Shown here piece after piece: positions 1-12,281 of a DNA stretch of 14,170 nucleotides. The DNA is taken from the NCBI GenBank assembly GCA_050309605.1, contig JBNRMN010000026.1:1-14170 (forward strand), written 5' to 3'. Within the stretch, counting starts at the first letter, position 1. Every line of letters begins with the position of its first letter. This DNA comes from Anaerohalosphaeraceae bacterium (lineage in GTDB: Bacteria > Planctomycetota > Phycisphaerae > Sedimentisphaerales > Anaerohalosphaeraceae). The notes beneath the pieces are model-generated. The model ran no database searches, was not told the origin of the DNA, and saw only the letters and a program-made list of their open reading frames with translations. Made by a program: the position numbers and the translations under genes.

Positions 1-10
1 CGTTGCCCTA

Positions 11-59
11 TCCTCCCCTATGGCAGAGGTATTATAATCTACCATGCTGGTGTCTTAAA
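11..59 (-). promoter_or_regulatory. Putative sigma-70 promoter and RBS for a gene starting just left of the window
   Basis: Minus strand reads TTTAAG (59-54), 17 nt, TATAAT (36-31), then GGGGAGGA (18-11) close to the window edge. The -35 is weak and the gene itself is not visible. Confidence 0.4.
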
Positions 60-133
60 GCGTTAAATCCAAAATACTTATAGTTTTCAAAGAGCATTTT
101 CAACCAACTTTATTGGAGAAGAGCCATTATTAT

Positions 134-163
134 AAAAAAACGGGCCTGACCTGCCAGGCCCGT
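134..163 (-). terminator. Intrinsic terminator of hsp20
   Basis: Perfect 9-bp stem ACGGGCCTG (140-148)/CAGGCCCGT (155-163) with a 6-nt loop, followed on the minus strand by a T-run (A134-139), starting 17 nt after the hsp20 stop. Confidence 0.9.
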
Positions 164-180
164 CTTCCACTCACGGGCGG

Positions 181-690
181 TTATCCGTGTTTGATTTCGA
201 TGCGCTTGGTCTTGCTCTTTTCCGCCGGGGTTTTGGGCAAACGAATCTTTAGCACGCCCTTTTTGAAGACGGCTTCAGCTTTGCTGTCGTCCACCTCTGC
301 GGGAAGCTGAATCACCCGGCTAAACGCCCCATAGGAACGCTCCACCAGATACTGCTGAGCGTCCTTTTCCTCGTGCTCGGCCTTTTTTTCACCGCGGAGC
401 ATCAGCATATCGTTTTGGATGCTGATCTGGATGTCCTTCTCCTCCAGGCCGGGCAGTTCAGCCGTAACGATCACTTCTTTGTCATTTTCGGCAATATCCA
501 GGGTGGGCGTGAAGCCGCCTGCGAATCGGTCTGTCGCGCCAAAAGGCTGCAGGCCTGTTTGGCCGAAGAAGTCTTCAACAAGGCGATTCATCTGCCTCTG
601 AAACGCCGCAAACGGATCGGCCTCGCGACGATAGCGAGTCAGCGCATCTTTGCCGCCCTTTCTGAATGGAACCAGGTTACTTAATACCAT
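181..690 (-). CDS. hsp20: Hsp20/alpha-crystallin family small heat-shock protein (169 aa)
   Basis: Motifs P-x-LDIAE, AELPGLEEKDI, ERSYGAFSRVIQLP, A-x-FKKGVLKIRLPK and C-terminal IEI. Start moved from 699 to ATG 690 because AGGGAGGTG (705-697) lies 6 nt upstream of it. Confidence 0.95.
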   Translation of the reverse strand: MVLSNLVPFRKGGKDALTRYRREADPFAAFQRQMNRLVEDFFGQTGLQPFGATDRFAGGFTPTLDIAENDKEVIVTAELPGLEEKDIQISIQNDMLMLRGEKKAEHEEKDAQQYLVERSYGAFSRVIQLPAEVDDSKAEAVFKKGVLKIRLPKTPAEKSKTKRIEIKHG

Positions 691-770
691 AAACAACACC
701 TCCCTTCATCAAAATACGAACACCAACCTTTGCTTGTTCAACTTGGCTTTTTCTGTCTGTTGCAAGAAAT

Positions 771-786
771 TACAAAAACCGTGCCA
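771..786 (-). promoter_or_regulatory. Putative sigma-54 (-24/-12) promoter of hsp20
   Basis: Minus strand TGGCACG-GTTT-TTGTA versus consensus TGGCACG-N4-TTGCW: exact -24 box and spacing, one mismatch at -12, 80 nt upstream of the ATG. Confidence 0.65.
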
Positions 787-934
787 TGTTCAACGATCTG
801 TACGTATCTCATTGTAAAAAGGAAAGTTATGCTTATTCCCTCCGAATTCTGATCTGTCATAAACTGCCAAAACGACACCTTTTCGGTATGCCTGCGACAC
901 ACACTGGCGTTAGTCCGACATGGTCTTTTGGAGG

Positions 935-3900
935 TTAGCTATTCAAAAACGAAAGAAACCGTCTATGGTTCTGATGGGCGTCATGCAGCAGCATATACAG
1001 GCAGGGAACGAGAACCAGGGTAACGAATGTGGCAAACACGATGCCGTACCCCAGCGACAGGGCCATCGGAATCATAAAGCGCGCTTGACGCGAGGTTTCA
1101 AAGATCATCGGCGACAGTCCGCCGAAGGTGGTCAGGGTAGTCAGCATGACCGGTCGAAAACGGCGTACGCCGGCGCGATGAATCGCCTCAAAGGCTGACA
1201 GCTCCTCTTCTCTGCGGACTCGATTGGCATACTCAATCAGAATCAGTGAATCATTGACGACCACCCCCGACAGCGCCACAATGCCCATCATACTCATCAC
1301 GCTGAGCGAATAGCCCATCAGCATATGTCCGAGAGTCGCTCCGACGAACCCGAAGGGAATTGCCACCATCACAATCAACGGCTGGATGTAGCTGCGAAAC
1401 GGCACGGCCAGCATAGCATAAATCGCACCGAGCGCAACAAAAAAACCAGCAACCAGGCTTTGCATACTGTCGCGCATATCCGCCTGGCGACCTTCCCAAC
1501 TGAAACCCAGCCCCGGAAAATCTGCGGTCAGTTGGGGTAAAATCTCTTTTTGCACGGTGGCAATCACCTGACTGCTTTGCTCAATGGGTTCGACGTTGGC
1601 AGTGACCATAATGGTGCGGCGTCCTTCGCGACGGGTAATGCTGGTGTACGATCGTCCGCGTTGGACCTGGACGACCTCAAAGAGCGGCACATCGGCGCCG
1701 GCGGGGGTTCGAATTACAAGCTGCTCCAGATCAAATTCGCTGATCCGCCGTTCTTTTGGGAACTTGACGCGGACACGAATTTCGCTGCGTCCGCGCTGCT
1801 GACGCAGGGCCTCAGCGCCGAAAAACGCATTACGGACCTGGCGTGCCACTTCCTGTGCGGTCAGGCCGAGGCTTTGTCCTTCCGGCTTGATGGTAAAATT
1901 CAACTGCTGTTTGCCGGGGGTGTAGCCGTCGTCAATGTCCTTGACATTCGGAAAATCGGCCAGAATCTCGGCCAGTCGGGTGCCGGCTCGGTCCAGTACA
2001 TCAATATCACGGTGGCTCAGTTCAACGGTCAGGGCCGCCCCCGATCCCGGTCCGCCGCGGTCCGCTTCAAAGCGCAGCGATTCCAGGCCGGGCAAATAAC
2101 CGGTGCGCTCGCGCCATAACTGGGTAACGCGGGTCGTGCTGATCGGACGCACTTTGGGATCAGTCAGATAAATCCGCACGTCGATATCGTCTTCGTCAAC
2201 GACGGCAAAGATGCCCTTACTGAGCATCTCGCCGCCGTGTTCGGCGACGATCGTTCGGGCATGACCGACCAGTATATCGGCCACTTCCTGCACCTTGTAC
2301 TGGGGACTGCCGAACGGAAGAGAGGCCCGTACGGAGGCATAATCCGCTTCAATCCGCGGCATCAGAATCATCCCGATACGTCCGCTGGAGACATAGCTGA
2401 GCACTGCGATAAAAAACGCCAACCCCACCGCGACCGTGATCTGTCGGTAAGAAATGCAACAATCGAGAAACGGCGCAAAGATGCGTTCGATAAAGCGTTC
2501 AAACTGCCGACTGAAGGCCTGCTGACAGCGGTGCAGAACTAAAGCCGGTCGGTTTTTACTGCGGGGGCGGGCATGCGCCAAATGGGTCGGCAAAATCCAG
2601 AGGGCCTCGACCAGCGAAATCAAAAACACCGTAATGACGACCACCGGGATCACCTTCCAAATCTTTCCCATCACCCCCGGAATGAAATACAACGGCAAAA
2701 ACGCCACCACATTGGTCATGATGCTGAATGTGACGGGCATGGCTACATCTCTGGCCCCCTGAACGGCGGCCTGCATAAAATTCATGCCGCGGTTTCGATA
2801 TTCGTATATGTTCTCGCCGACGACGATGGCGTCATCGACGACGATACCCAGCGCAATAATAAACGCAAACATCGAAATCATATTGATGGTCACATCCACC
2901 GACGGCAAAAACAGAAACGCCCCCAAAAACGAAATCGGAATGCCCATGGTGACCCAAAACGCCAGCTTAATCTCCAGAAACAGCCCCAGCAGAAGCAGCA
3001 CCAAGATCAAGCCCCATGCGGCGTTTTTGAGCAGCAGTCCCAATCGCTGCCGATAGATATCGGCCCGGTCATTGGTAATGGCCCAATTGACGCCGGGCGG
3101 TAACTGGGCTTCAATCGCCTGCATCGCCCGATGCGTGGCTTCCGAAACGCCGATGGGCGTTTGATCGCCGACGCGATAGACGGCGATACCGACGGCCCGC
3201 TGACCGTCAAACGTCGCCATTCGGTCAACATCCTGAAAATCATCCACGACACGGGCAATATCCCCCAATGTAACGATGGCGCCTTCGGACGTGGTAATCA
3301 TCGGAATCGCGGCAAACTGGCCGGCCCAATCCCGACGCTCCATCACCCGCAGGAGGATTTCTCCGCCGCGTGCTTCAATATGTCCGCCGGGCAGTTCAAC
3401 CGCGGCAACGCGGATGCGGTTGGCCACATCCTGAAGTGTCAATCCATAGGTGCGCAGGGTATCCTGCTCAATCAAGACCTGAACTTCATAATCCCGCACC
3501 CCGGTCAAATCGACCTGTGTGATCCCCTCCGACTGCAACAGGCTGTCGCGGACCTGTTCGGCCAATTCCCGCAACACCCACTCCGATACATCGCCGTAAA
3601 CCTGAAAGTTCACCACTTCCCTGCGGCGCGCCGCCAGTCGCACTTCCGGGCGCTCCGCGTCCTGAGGAAATGTGGTAATACGATCCACTTCCTGCATAAT
3701 TTCCTGATAGACCCGCTGACGATCCGCTCCTTCCAGCAGTTCGGCCGTCACCACCGCCCTGCCTTCGGAAGCGGTTGAGCGTATCTCTTTGATGCCTTCC
3801 AGGCCGCGAATGGCCTCTTCAACGGCCAGGACAATTCCCTGTTCAACTTCTTCTGGACTGGAACCCGGATAGGGCACAACGACATTGACCAAATCCAAGT

Positions 3901-4051
3901 CAAACTCCGGAAAGACCTCCTGTTTGATCCGCAACGCAAAAAAGAAGCCGCCGACCAGACAGACCATCATCAGCAGATTGGGGGTCACATGGTTATGGGT
4001 CATCCAGCCGATCAGGCCGCGCCGAAGGTCGCCGCCGGAGGTCTTGTTCAT
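935..4051 (-). CDS. RND efflux transporter permease subunit, AcrB/AcrD/AcrF family (1038 aa)
   Basis: Length and hydrophobic pattern of an RND permease; motifs YPGSSPEEVEQGI, GIVVDDAIVVGEN, GVVVNDSLILIE, RFRPVMLTTLTT; RBS AGGAGG (4064-4059); ATGA overlap with the upstream adaptor gene. Confidence 0.96.
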   Translation of the reverse strand: MNKTSGGDLRRGLIGWMTHNHVTPNLLMMVCLVGGFFFALRIKQEVFPEFDLDLVNVVVPYPGSSPEEVEQGIVLAVEEAIRGLEGIKEIRSTASEGRAVVTAELLEGADRQRVYQEIMQEVDRITTFPQDAERPEVRLAARRREVVNFQVYGDVSEWVLRELAEQVRDSLLQSEGITQVDLTGVRDYEVQVLIEQDTLRTYGLTLQDVANRIRVAAVELPGGHIEARGGEILLRVMERRDWAGQFAAIPMITTSEGAIVTLGDIARVVDDFQDVDRMATFDGQRAVGIAVYRVGDQTPIGVSEATHRAMQAIEAQLPPGVNWAITNDRADIYRQRLGLLLKNAAWGLILVLLLLGLFLEIKLAFWVTMGIPISFLGAFLFLPSVDVTINMISMFAFIIALGIVVDDAIVVGENIYEYRNRGMNFMQAAVQGARDVAMPVTFSIMTNVVAFLPLYFIPGVMGKIWKVIPVVVITVFLISLVEALWILPTHLAHARPRSKNRPALVLHRCQQAFSRQFERFIERIFAPFLDCCISYRQITVAVGLAFFIAVLSYVSSGRIGMILMPRIEADYASVRASLPFGSPQYKVQEVADILVGHARTIVAEHGGEMLSKGIFAVVDEDDIDVRIYLTDPKVRPISTTRVTQLWRERTGYLPGLESLRFEADRGGPGSGAALTVELSHRDIDVLDRAGTRLAEILADFPNVKDIDDGYTPGKQQLNFTIKPEGQSLGLTAQEVARQVRNAFFGAEALRQQRGRSEIRVRVKFPKERRISEFDLEQLVIRTPAGADVPLFEVVQVQRGRSYTSITRREGRRTIMVTANVEPIEQSSQVIATVQKEILPQLTADFPGLGFSWEGRQADMRDSMQSLVAGFFVALGAIYAMLAVPFRSYIQPLIVMVAIPFGFVGATLGHMLMGYSLSVMSMMGIVALSGVVVNDSLILIEYANRVRREEELSAFEAIHRAGVRRFRPVMLTTLTTFGGLSPMIFETSRQARFMIPMALSLGYGIVFATFVTLVLVPCLYMLLHDAHQNHRRFLSFLNS

Positions 4052-5325
4052 TGCGATGCCTCCTGCTGATCGGTCATCGTCGGGATCTCCAAAGGCGGGC
4101 TGTCCACGCGCAGCGGCATCCCCTCCACCGGCGCCGACAGATCCGAACTGACCACACGGTCGCCATCCGATAAACCGCTTGTGACATAGACCGCTTCGCG
4201 TCCGCGATACAGAATCTCCACTCGGCGAATCTCCATCGCATCCTGCTCATTCATCACCCACACAAATTCGCCGTCGCGCAGATATTCCCGCGGCAGCACG
4301 ATGATATCGGGAATTTCGCGGCCCTGGATCTCGGCGCGCACATAACTGCCGATCAGCAGCAGCGGCGCATCCTGTTCCGTACGCAAACCCAGCGGATCAG
4401 GCACGGATACGATCATCCGAGCCATTCGTCCGGCTTCTTCCAGTTGCCCCATCAGACGCAGCACGCGCCCCTGCCGATAGCGCCCCTCGCGCCAAATCGA
4501 GGAGTTGTAAACCCGCACCGGCGAACCGTCCGATTCACCGCGGTCGGGAAACCGAATCCAGTGCAATTGCTCGACAGGCACGAGCAGTTCAACCCAATAC
4601 TCATCCGTTCCGATCAGTACCGCCAGCGGCGTGGTGGGGGACACCCGCGCTCCGACATCCGCATGTTTGGCCTTGATGACAGCGTTAAACGGTGCTCGCA
4701 CCGTACAGCGCCGGACATCGAGTTCGGCTTTGGCCAGGGCGGCCTTGGCCGCTTCCAGCGCGCGTCGTGCCTCGGCAAGATGCGGCTCGCGAAGCACCAG
4801 CTCACGATCCTGTTCTTCGATCATTTCGTCCAGCAATTCGTATTCCTGTCGGGCGACGGTCTGATTGGCGCGTTCCAATCGCAGGGCCAGTTCTGCACGG
4901 GCCACTTCGCTTTGTCGCTGCTGAACGATGGTTTCATAATCCCGACTGTCAATGCGATACAAAATCTGCCCTTGCTTAACCAGCCCGCCGGGCAAAACCG
5001 CCGGATCCATAAAGGTGACAATCCCGGTCACTTCGGCCGTCAGCGCAACTTCAGTCGCGGATTTGACGGTTCCCATGGCATGAACCACTGCCGGGCGGGT
5101 TTGTCTGTGGACCGAATCGACCGTCACCAGCCGTGCCTGACGATCCGCCGGACGACGCTGCGCTTCGGGACGGGTGTCCATCTGGTATTTGTAAAACCCC
5201 ACCGCGCCGGCAACAATGAGCATCGGCAGGATTATTTTGTACACGATGGCAAGCAGCCCTTTGAGCAGCTTGCCGACAACACCAACCGGACGAGAGGATT
5301 GGGATCGGGATACCGGTTCACTCAT
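4048..5325 (-). CDS. RND efflux periplasmic adaptor (membrane fusion protein, 425 aa)
   Basis: N-terminal hydrophobic anchor, lipoyl-like half motifs (AEVTGIV...GGLVKQGQILYRID; TVRAPFNAVI), helical hairpin, C-terminal SGLSDGDRVV; lies between the outer-membrane and permease genes. Confidence 0.94.
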   Translation of the reverse strand: MSEPVSRSQSSRPVGVVGKLLKGLLAIVYKIILPMLIVAGAVGFYKYQMDTRPEAQRRPADRQARLVTVDSVHRQTRPAVVHAMGTVKSATEVALTAEVTGIVTFMDPAVLPGGLVKQGQILYRIDSRDYETIVQQRQSEVARAELALRLERANQTVARQEYELLDEMIEEQDRELVLREPHLAEARRALEAAKAALAKAELDVRRCTVRAPFNAVIKAKHADVGARVSPTTPLAVLIGTDEYWVELLVPVEQLHWIRFPDRGESDGSPVRVYNSSIWREGRYRQGRVLRLMGQLEEAGRMARMIVSVPDPLGLRTEQDAPLLLIGSYVRAEIQGREIPDIIVLPREYLRDGEFVWVMNEQDAMEIRRVEILYRGREAVYVTSGLSDGDRVVSSDLSAPVEGMPLRVDSPPLEIPTMTDQQEASQ

Positions 5326-6763
5326 AGACGGTCCTCATTGACATAACAGGTGCAGGTTGCACTGTCGCCGGCTCGGACGGCTGCATCAACCAGTCGCCGG
5401 CAATCGAACGGCATAAATCAATACGGCGTTCGATTAAAAGACGCCGAGCGGTCAGTTCATTGCGCTGAAGGGCCTGCTGTGAAACCAGCGCATCAAGAAC
5501 GCGCAGGTAATCCAGCTGCCCTTTGAGATAGCTTTCACGGGTACGCTCTTAGACCTGCTCGGACAGGTCAAGCTGCCGGCGGAGATTGTCAATGGCCTGA
5601 CGCTGATACGCCTCCTGCTGCAGGGCGTCCTCGACTTCGCCGACGGCGGTCAGGACGTTTTGGGCATAGGTATGAATTCGTTCCGAAAGGACGGCGCGGG
5701 TTCGCTGAACCTCAGCCTTTCGCAAATGGCCGTCAAACAGGGGGCCGACGATGTTGGCCGCCAGTGAGGCCGCCCAGTCGTCCAATAAATCGCCGATACG
5801 GTCTGCTTCGGTCTGTGCGGACGCCGAAAGACTGATGCGCGGATACTGATCGGCCACGGCCGCATAGACGCGGGCATCGGCGGCGGCAATCGCATAGCCG
5901 GCACGGCGCAAATCGGGGCGACGCTGCAGCAGCTCGGTCGGTACGCCCGCATCCGGCAGGTCCGGCAGCGCGACCAATTCGGCATCCGCCTGCGGCGTCC
6001 AGCGGCCGGGGACCTTGCCCAGCAGAATCGCCACCTGATGCTGCAGGAGAACGGAACGCTCTTTCGCCGCGATGAGCTGGCCGCGCGTCGCCTCAACCAA
6101 TTGACGCTGACGAAAGACATTCGATGCGCCGACCTGTCCCTGGCGAAACTGAAGCGAGATAATCTCCAGTATTTTTTCGTTTGTCTCCACCTGTTCGGTA
6201 ATTAACTGCTCCTGCATGCGGGACTCGGCAAGCTGATACCACGTGCGGGCAATGGCGGCGCTGAGTGTTACGGCCGCGGCGGCCACCTCTTCGCGGGCGG
6301 CCTTCGCATCAAGCAGGGCCGCTTCATGACTTGAACGCACACGCTTCCATAAATCCAGCTCATAAGACGCCGCCAGAGCCGCGGTGTAGGTCGAGGTGTA
6401 GTCCGTCCGGCCCTCTCGTTCCTGCCGCGTGCGGCGAGCAGCCCCCTGGAAGGTTACATCCGGCAGCAGACCGGCGCCCGTTTTGACAGCGACCTGCTCG
6501 GCCTGTCGGAGCCGGTCCCAAGCTGACCGAATCGAGAAATTCCGGCTAAGCCCCTGCTCAATCAGCGCATCCAGCGCGGCATCATCAAAGGTATGCCACC
6601 ATTTATCCGGCAAAGGCACCTGACCGGAATCTGAAAAAGCCGATGGCAGATCAACCGGATCAATTTGGGTGTGATCAGGAGCCACCCGGCAGCCGGAGAA
6701 GACAGCCGTCGAAATCACGACAATAATGAGCCAATTGTTTTTTAATTCCAAACTCGTTTTCAT
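5318..6763 (-). pseudogene. TolC/OprM (NodT-type) efflux outer-membrane lipoprotein interrupted by an in-frame TAA at 5551-5549 (nonsense mutation or sequence error)
   Basis: Lipobox FSGC (Cys25); motifs WWHTFDD, ASYELDLW, PTELLQRRPD, YPRISLS. After the stop at codon 405 the same frame continues 76 codons (ERTRESYLKGQLDYLRVLDA...LCRSIAGDW...) to TGA 5320-5318, overlapping the adaptor start (ATGAGTGA). Confidence 0.85.
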
Positions 6764-6829
6764 TGTATCTGACGATTCACCCGCACTCAGTCGGACAGGT
6801 TGCTTTGCGGCTTATTTTCAGTTCGTAGA

Positions 6830-6858
6830 ATCTTACGCACTTGACGAGTCAAACGCAA
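6830..6858 (-). promoter_or_regulatory. Putative sigma-70 promoter of the efflux operon with a palindrome in the spacer
   Basis: Minus strand TTGCGT (6858-6853), 17 nt, TAAGAT (6835-6830); the spacer contains TTGAC-N2-GTCAA (6841-6852). Confidence 0.55.
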
Positions 6859-6942
6859 GTTAAAGTTTCCGGCTATTACAAGACAGAAAATTGCTGTTTT
6901 CTCAGTCCCCCCCGAATTTGCTTAGGAATGCACAACGGGCAC

Positions 6943-6970
6943 TTGACAAACCTGGCCTATATGATATATT
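6943..6970 (+). promoter_or_regulatory. Sigma-70 promoter of rnc
   Basis: TTGACA (6943-6948), 16 nt, TATATT (6965-6970), with an extended -10 TG at 6962-6963. Confidence 0.8.
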
Positions 6971-6991
6971 CTAAATGTCAATTTCATTGAC

Positions 6992-7040
6992 GGGCGTATT
7001 TCGAATGTCGCCATCGGTCGGCGCTGTTCGAAATCTGCCT
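6992..7040 (+). promoter_or_regulatory. Long 5'-UTR hairpin of rnc, candidate RNase III cleavage site
   Basis: 6992-7012 pairs with 7020-7040: 19 of 21 positions pair (4 G-U), two U-C mismatches, 7-nt loop, no bulges. Confidence 0.65.
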
Positions 7041-7065
7041 GCGAAATCGGAACAAGAGACAATCG

Positions 7066-7764
7066 ATGGATACCGACCTTCTGCAGCAGATACAAGAGAT
7101 GCTGGGGTACCAATTTAAGGACCCCGGACAACTTTGCGAAGCGCTGACACATTCTTCCCGAACAGACGACCGTCTCAAAAGCAATGAACGCCTTGAGTTT
7201 ATGGGCGATTCGGTGCTGGGGATGGTGATTTGCCGCGCCTTATATGACCGTTTCCCCCGCTACCAGGAAGGTGATCTGACCAAGATCAAAAGCATGCTCG
7301 TTTCGCGGAAAGTGTGCGCCAAGATTGCCGGGCAGATGGGGCTTGTGCAATTTCTTCGTTTGGGCAAAGGCACCGACCGCAGCAGCGCGGTCAACGGCTC
7401 CATTGCCGCCGGATGTCTGGAAGCAGTGATCGCGGCAATCTATTTTGACGGGGGGCTGGAGGCGGCACAAGACTTCATTTTGCGTTTCTTCGATCCGCTG
7501 ATCGAATTGGCCGACGCCGAACAGCATCAAAACAACTTCAAATCCGTCCTTCAGCAGCACTGCCAGCAGGTCTATAATCGCACGCCGTACTATGAACTGC
7601 TGGATGAAAAAGGGCCGGATCACAACAAGTGTTTTGAGGTCGGCGTCGTGATTGACCATCGCCGGTTTCCCAGCGCCTGGGGCGTGACCAAGAAAGACGC
7701 CGAACAAATGGCCGCTCGAAACGCCCTGATTGAGATGCACGTCATCGACCCGGAAAACGAATAG
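7066..7764 (+). CDS. rnc: Ribonuclease III (232 aa)
   Basis: Signature ALTHSS...NERLEFMGDSVL, EGDLTK, LEAVIAAIYFDGG, and a C-terminal dsRNA-binding domain (NFKSVLQQ...GPDHNKCF...G-x-TKKDAEQMAA). Confidence 0.97.
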   Translation: MDTDLLQQIQEMLGYQFKDPGQLCEALTHSSRTDDRLKSNERLEFMGDSVLGMVICRALYDRFPRYQEGDLTKIKSMLVSRKVCAKIAGQMGLVQFLRLGKGTDRSSAVNGSIAAGCLEAVIAAIYFDGGLEAAQDFILRFFDPLIELADAEQHQNNFKSVLQQHCQQVYNRTPYYELLDEKGPDHNKCFEVGVVIDHRRFPSAWGVTKKDAEQMAARNALIEMHVIDPENE

Positions 7765-7801
7765 TCCCCCGCCAAGGTCTGAAAATTCCACACAGTTGCG
7801 C

Positions 7802-11682
<3,881 letters not shown>

Positions 11683-11753
11683 AGACGCGATAGACTATTC
11701 CTATCGTGAACATAGAAAATGGAATTTCGTTTAATTTGGAAAGGACACAGACA

Positions 11754-12254
11754 ATGAAACATGCAGTCGTATTGGGGATTGTGGCGGTTATGATGCTGAT
11801 GGCCGGATGCGAAAACCAGGAACTGGTGTCGTGCCGGCAGGACAATCAGCTTCTTGAAGCTCAAACCGCCTCGCTGCGACAGGAACTGGCGCAGGCTCGC
11901 ACGACGATTCAGCAAAAAGATGACCAAATTGAAAAAATCAAGACTGAAAACGTCGAAATGCAGCAGAAGGCCATGGAAAGTATCATGTCCATGCTGAAAA
12001 AAGAAGAAGACCGTGCCAAACGACTTCAGACCTCTCTGACCGAGAAGGAACAGGCACTCAAGGCCGAACAGGACAAGACCGCTGAACTGGAACGAACGAC
12101 TCGTCAATTGCAGCAGCAGACCGAGAAGCTCAAAACCGATCTGGCAGCAGCGGCACGCACGATTGAAACGCTCAGAGCAGATTTGAATAAGGCCAATCAA
12201 ACCATTGAAACCCTGAAATCGCAGGCCGAACAGTCTTCTGAATCGACCCAATAG
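11754..12254 (+). CDS. Coiled-coil lipoprotein of unknown function (166 aa)
   Basis: RBS GGAAAGGA before ATG 11754; signal peptide with lipobox MAGC (Cys19); mature part is heptad-patterned and E/Q/K/A/L/T-rich; followed by a terminator. Confidence 0.85.
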   Translation: MKHAVVLGIVAVMMLMAGCENQELVSCRQDNQLLEAQTASLRQELAQARTTIQQKDDQIEKIKTENVEMQQKAMESIMSMLKKEEDRAKRLQTSLTEKEQALKAEQDKTAELERTTRQLQQQTEKLKTDLAAAARTIETLRADLNKANQTIETLKSQAEQSSESTQ

Positions 12255-12281
12255 CAGCACCACACTGCGGCCACATACAAC

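Noticed and set aside
691..760. ROSE or fourU RNA thermometer, or CIRCE, in the hsp20 leader
   Set aside because: No stem sequestering the GGAGG and no CIRCE inverted repeat found; TTAGCAC near 249 is inside the CDS and has no partner arm.
1325..5346. Plus-strand ORFs of 70-300 aa over the RND permease and adaptor genes
   Set aside because: Antisense to well-supported genes, with no protein-family signal.
5549..5551. Stop-codon recoding or programmed readthrough of the TAA
   Set aside because: TAA ends hsp20, the permease and the GH2 gene in this window, and Sec/Pyl use TGA/TAG; mutation or sequence error is simpler.
11686..11708. Hairpin CGCGATAG-N7-CTATCGTG after the GH2 stop as a terminator
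   Set aside because: No U-tract follows; at most a pause or stability stem, so the lipoprotein gene may be co-transcribed.
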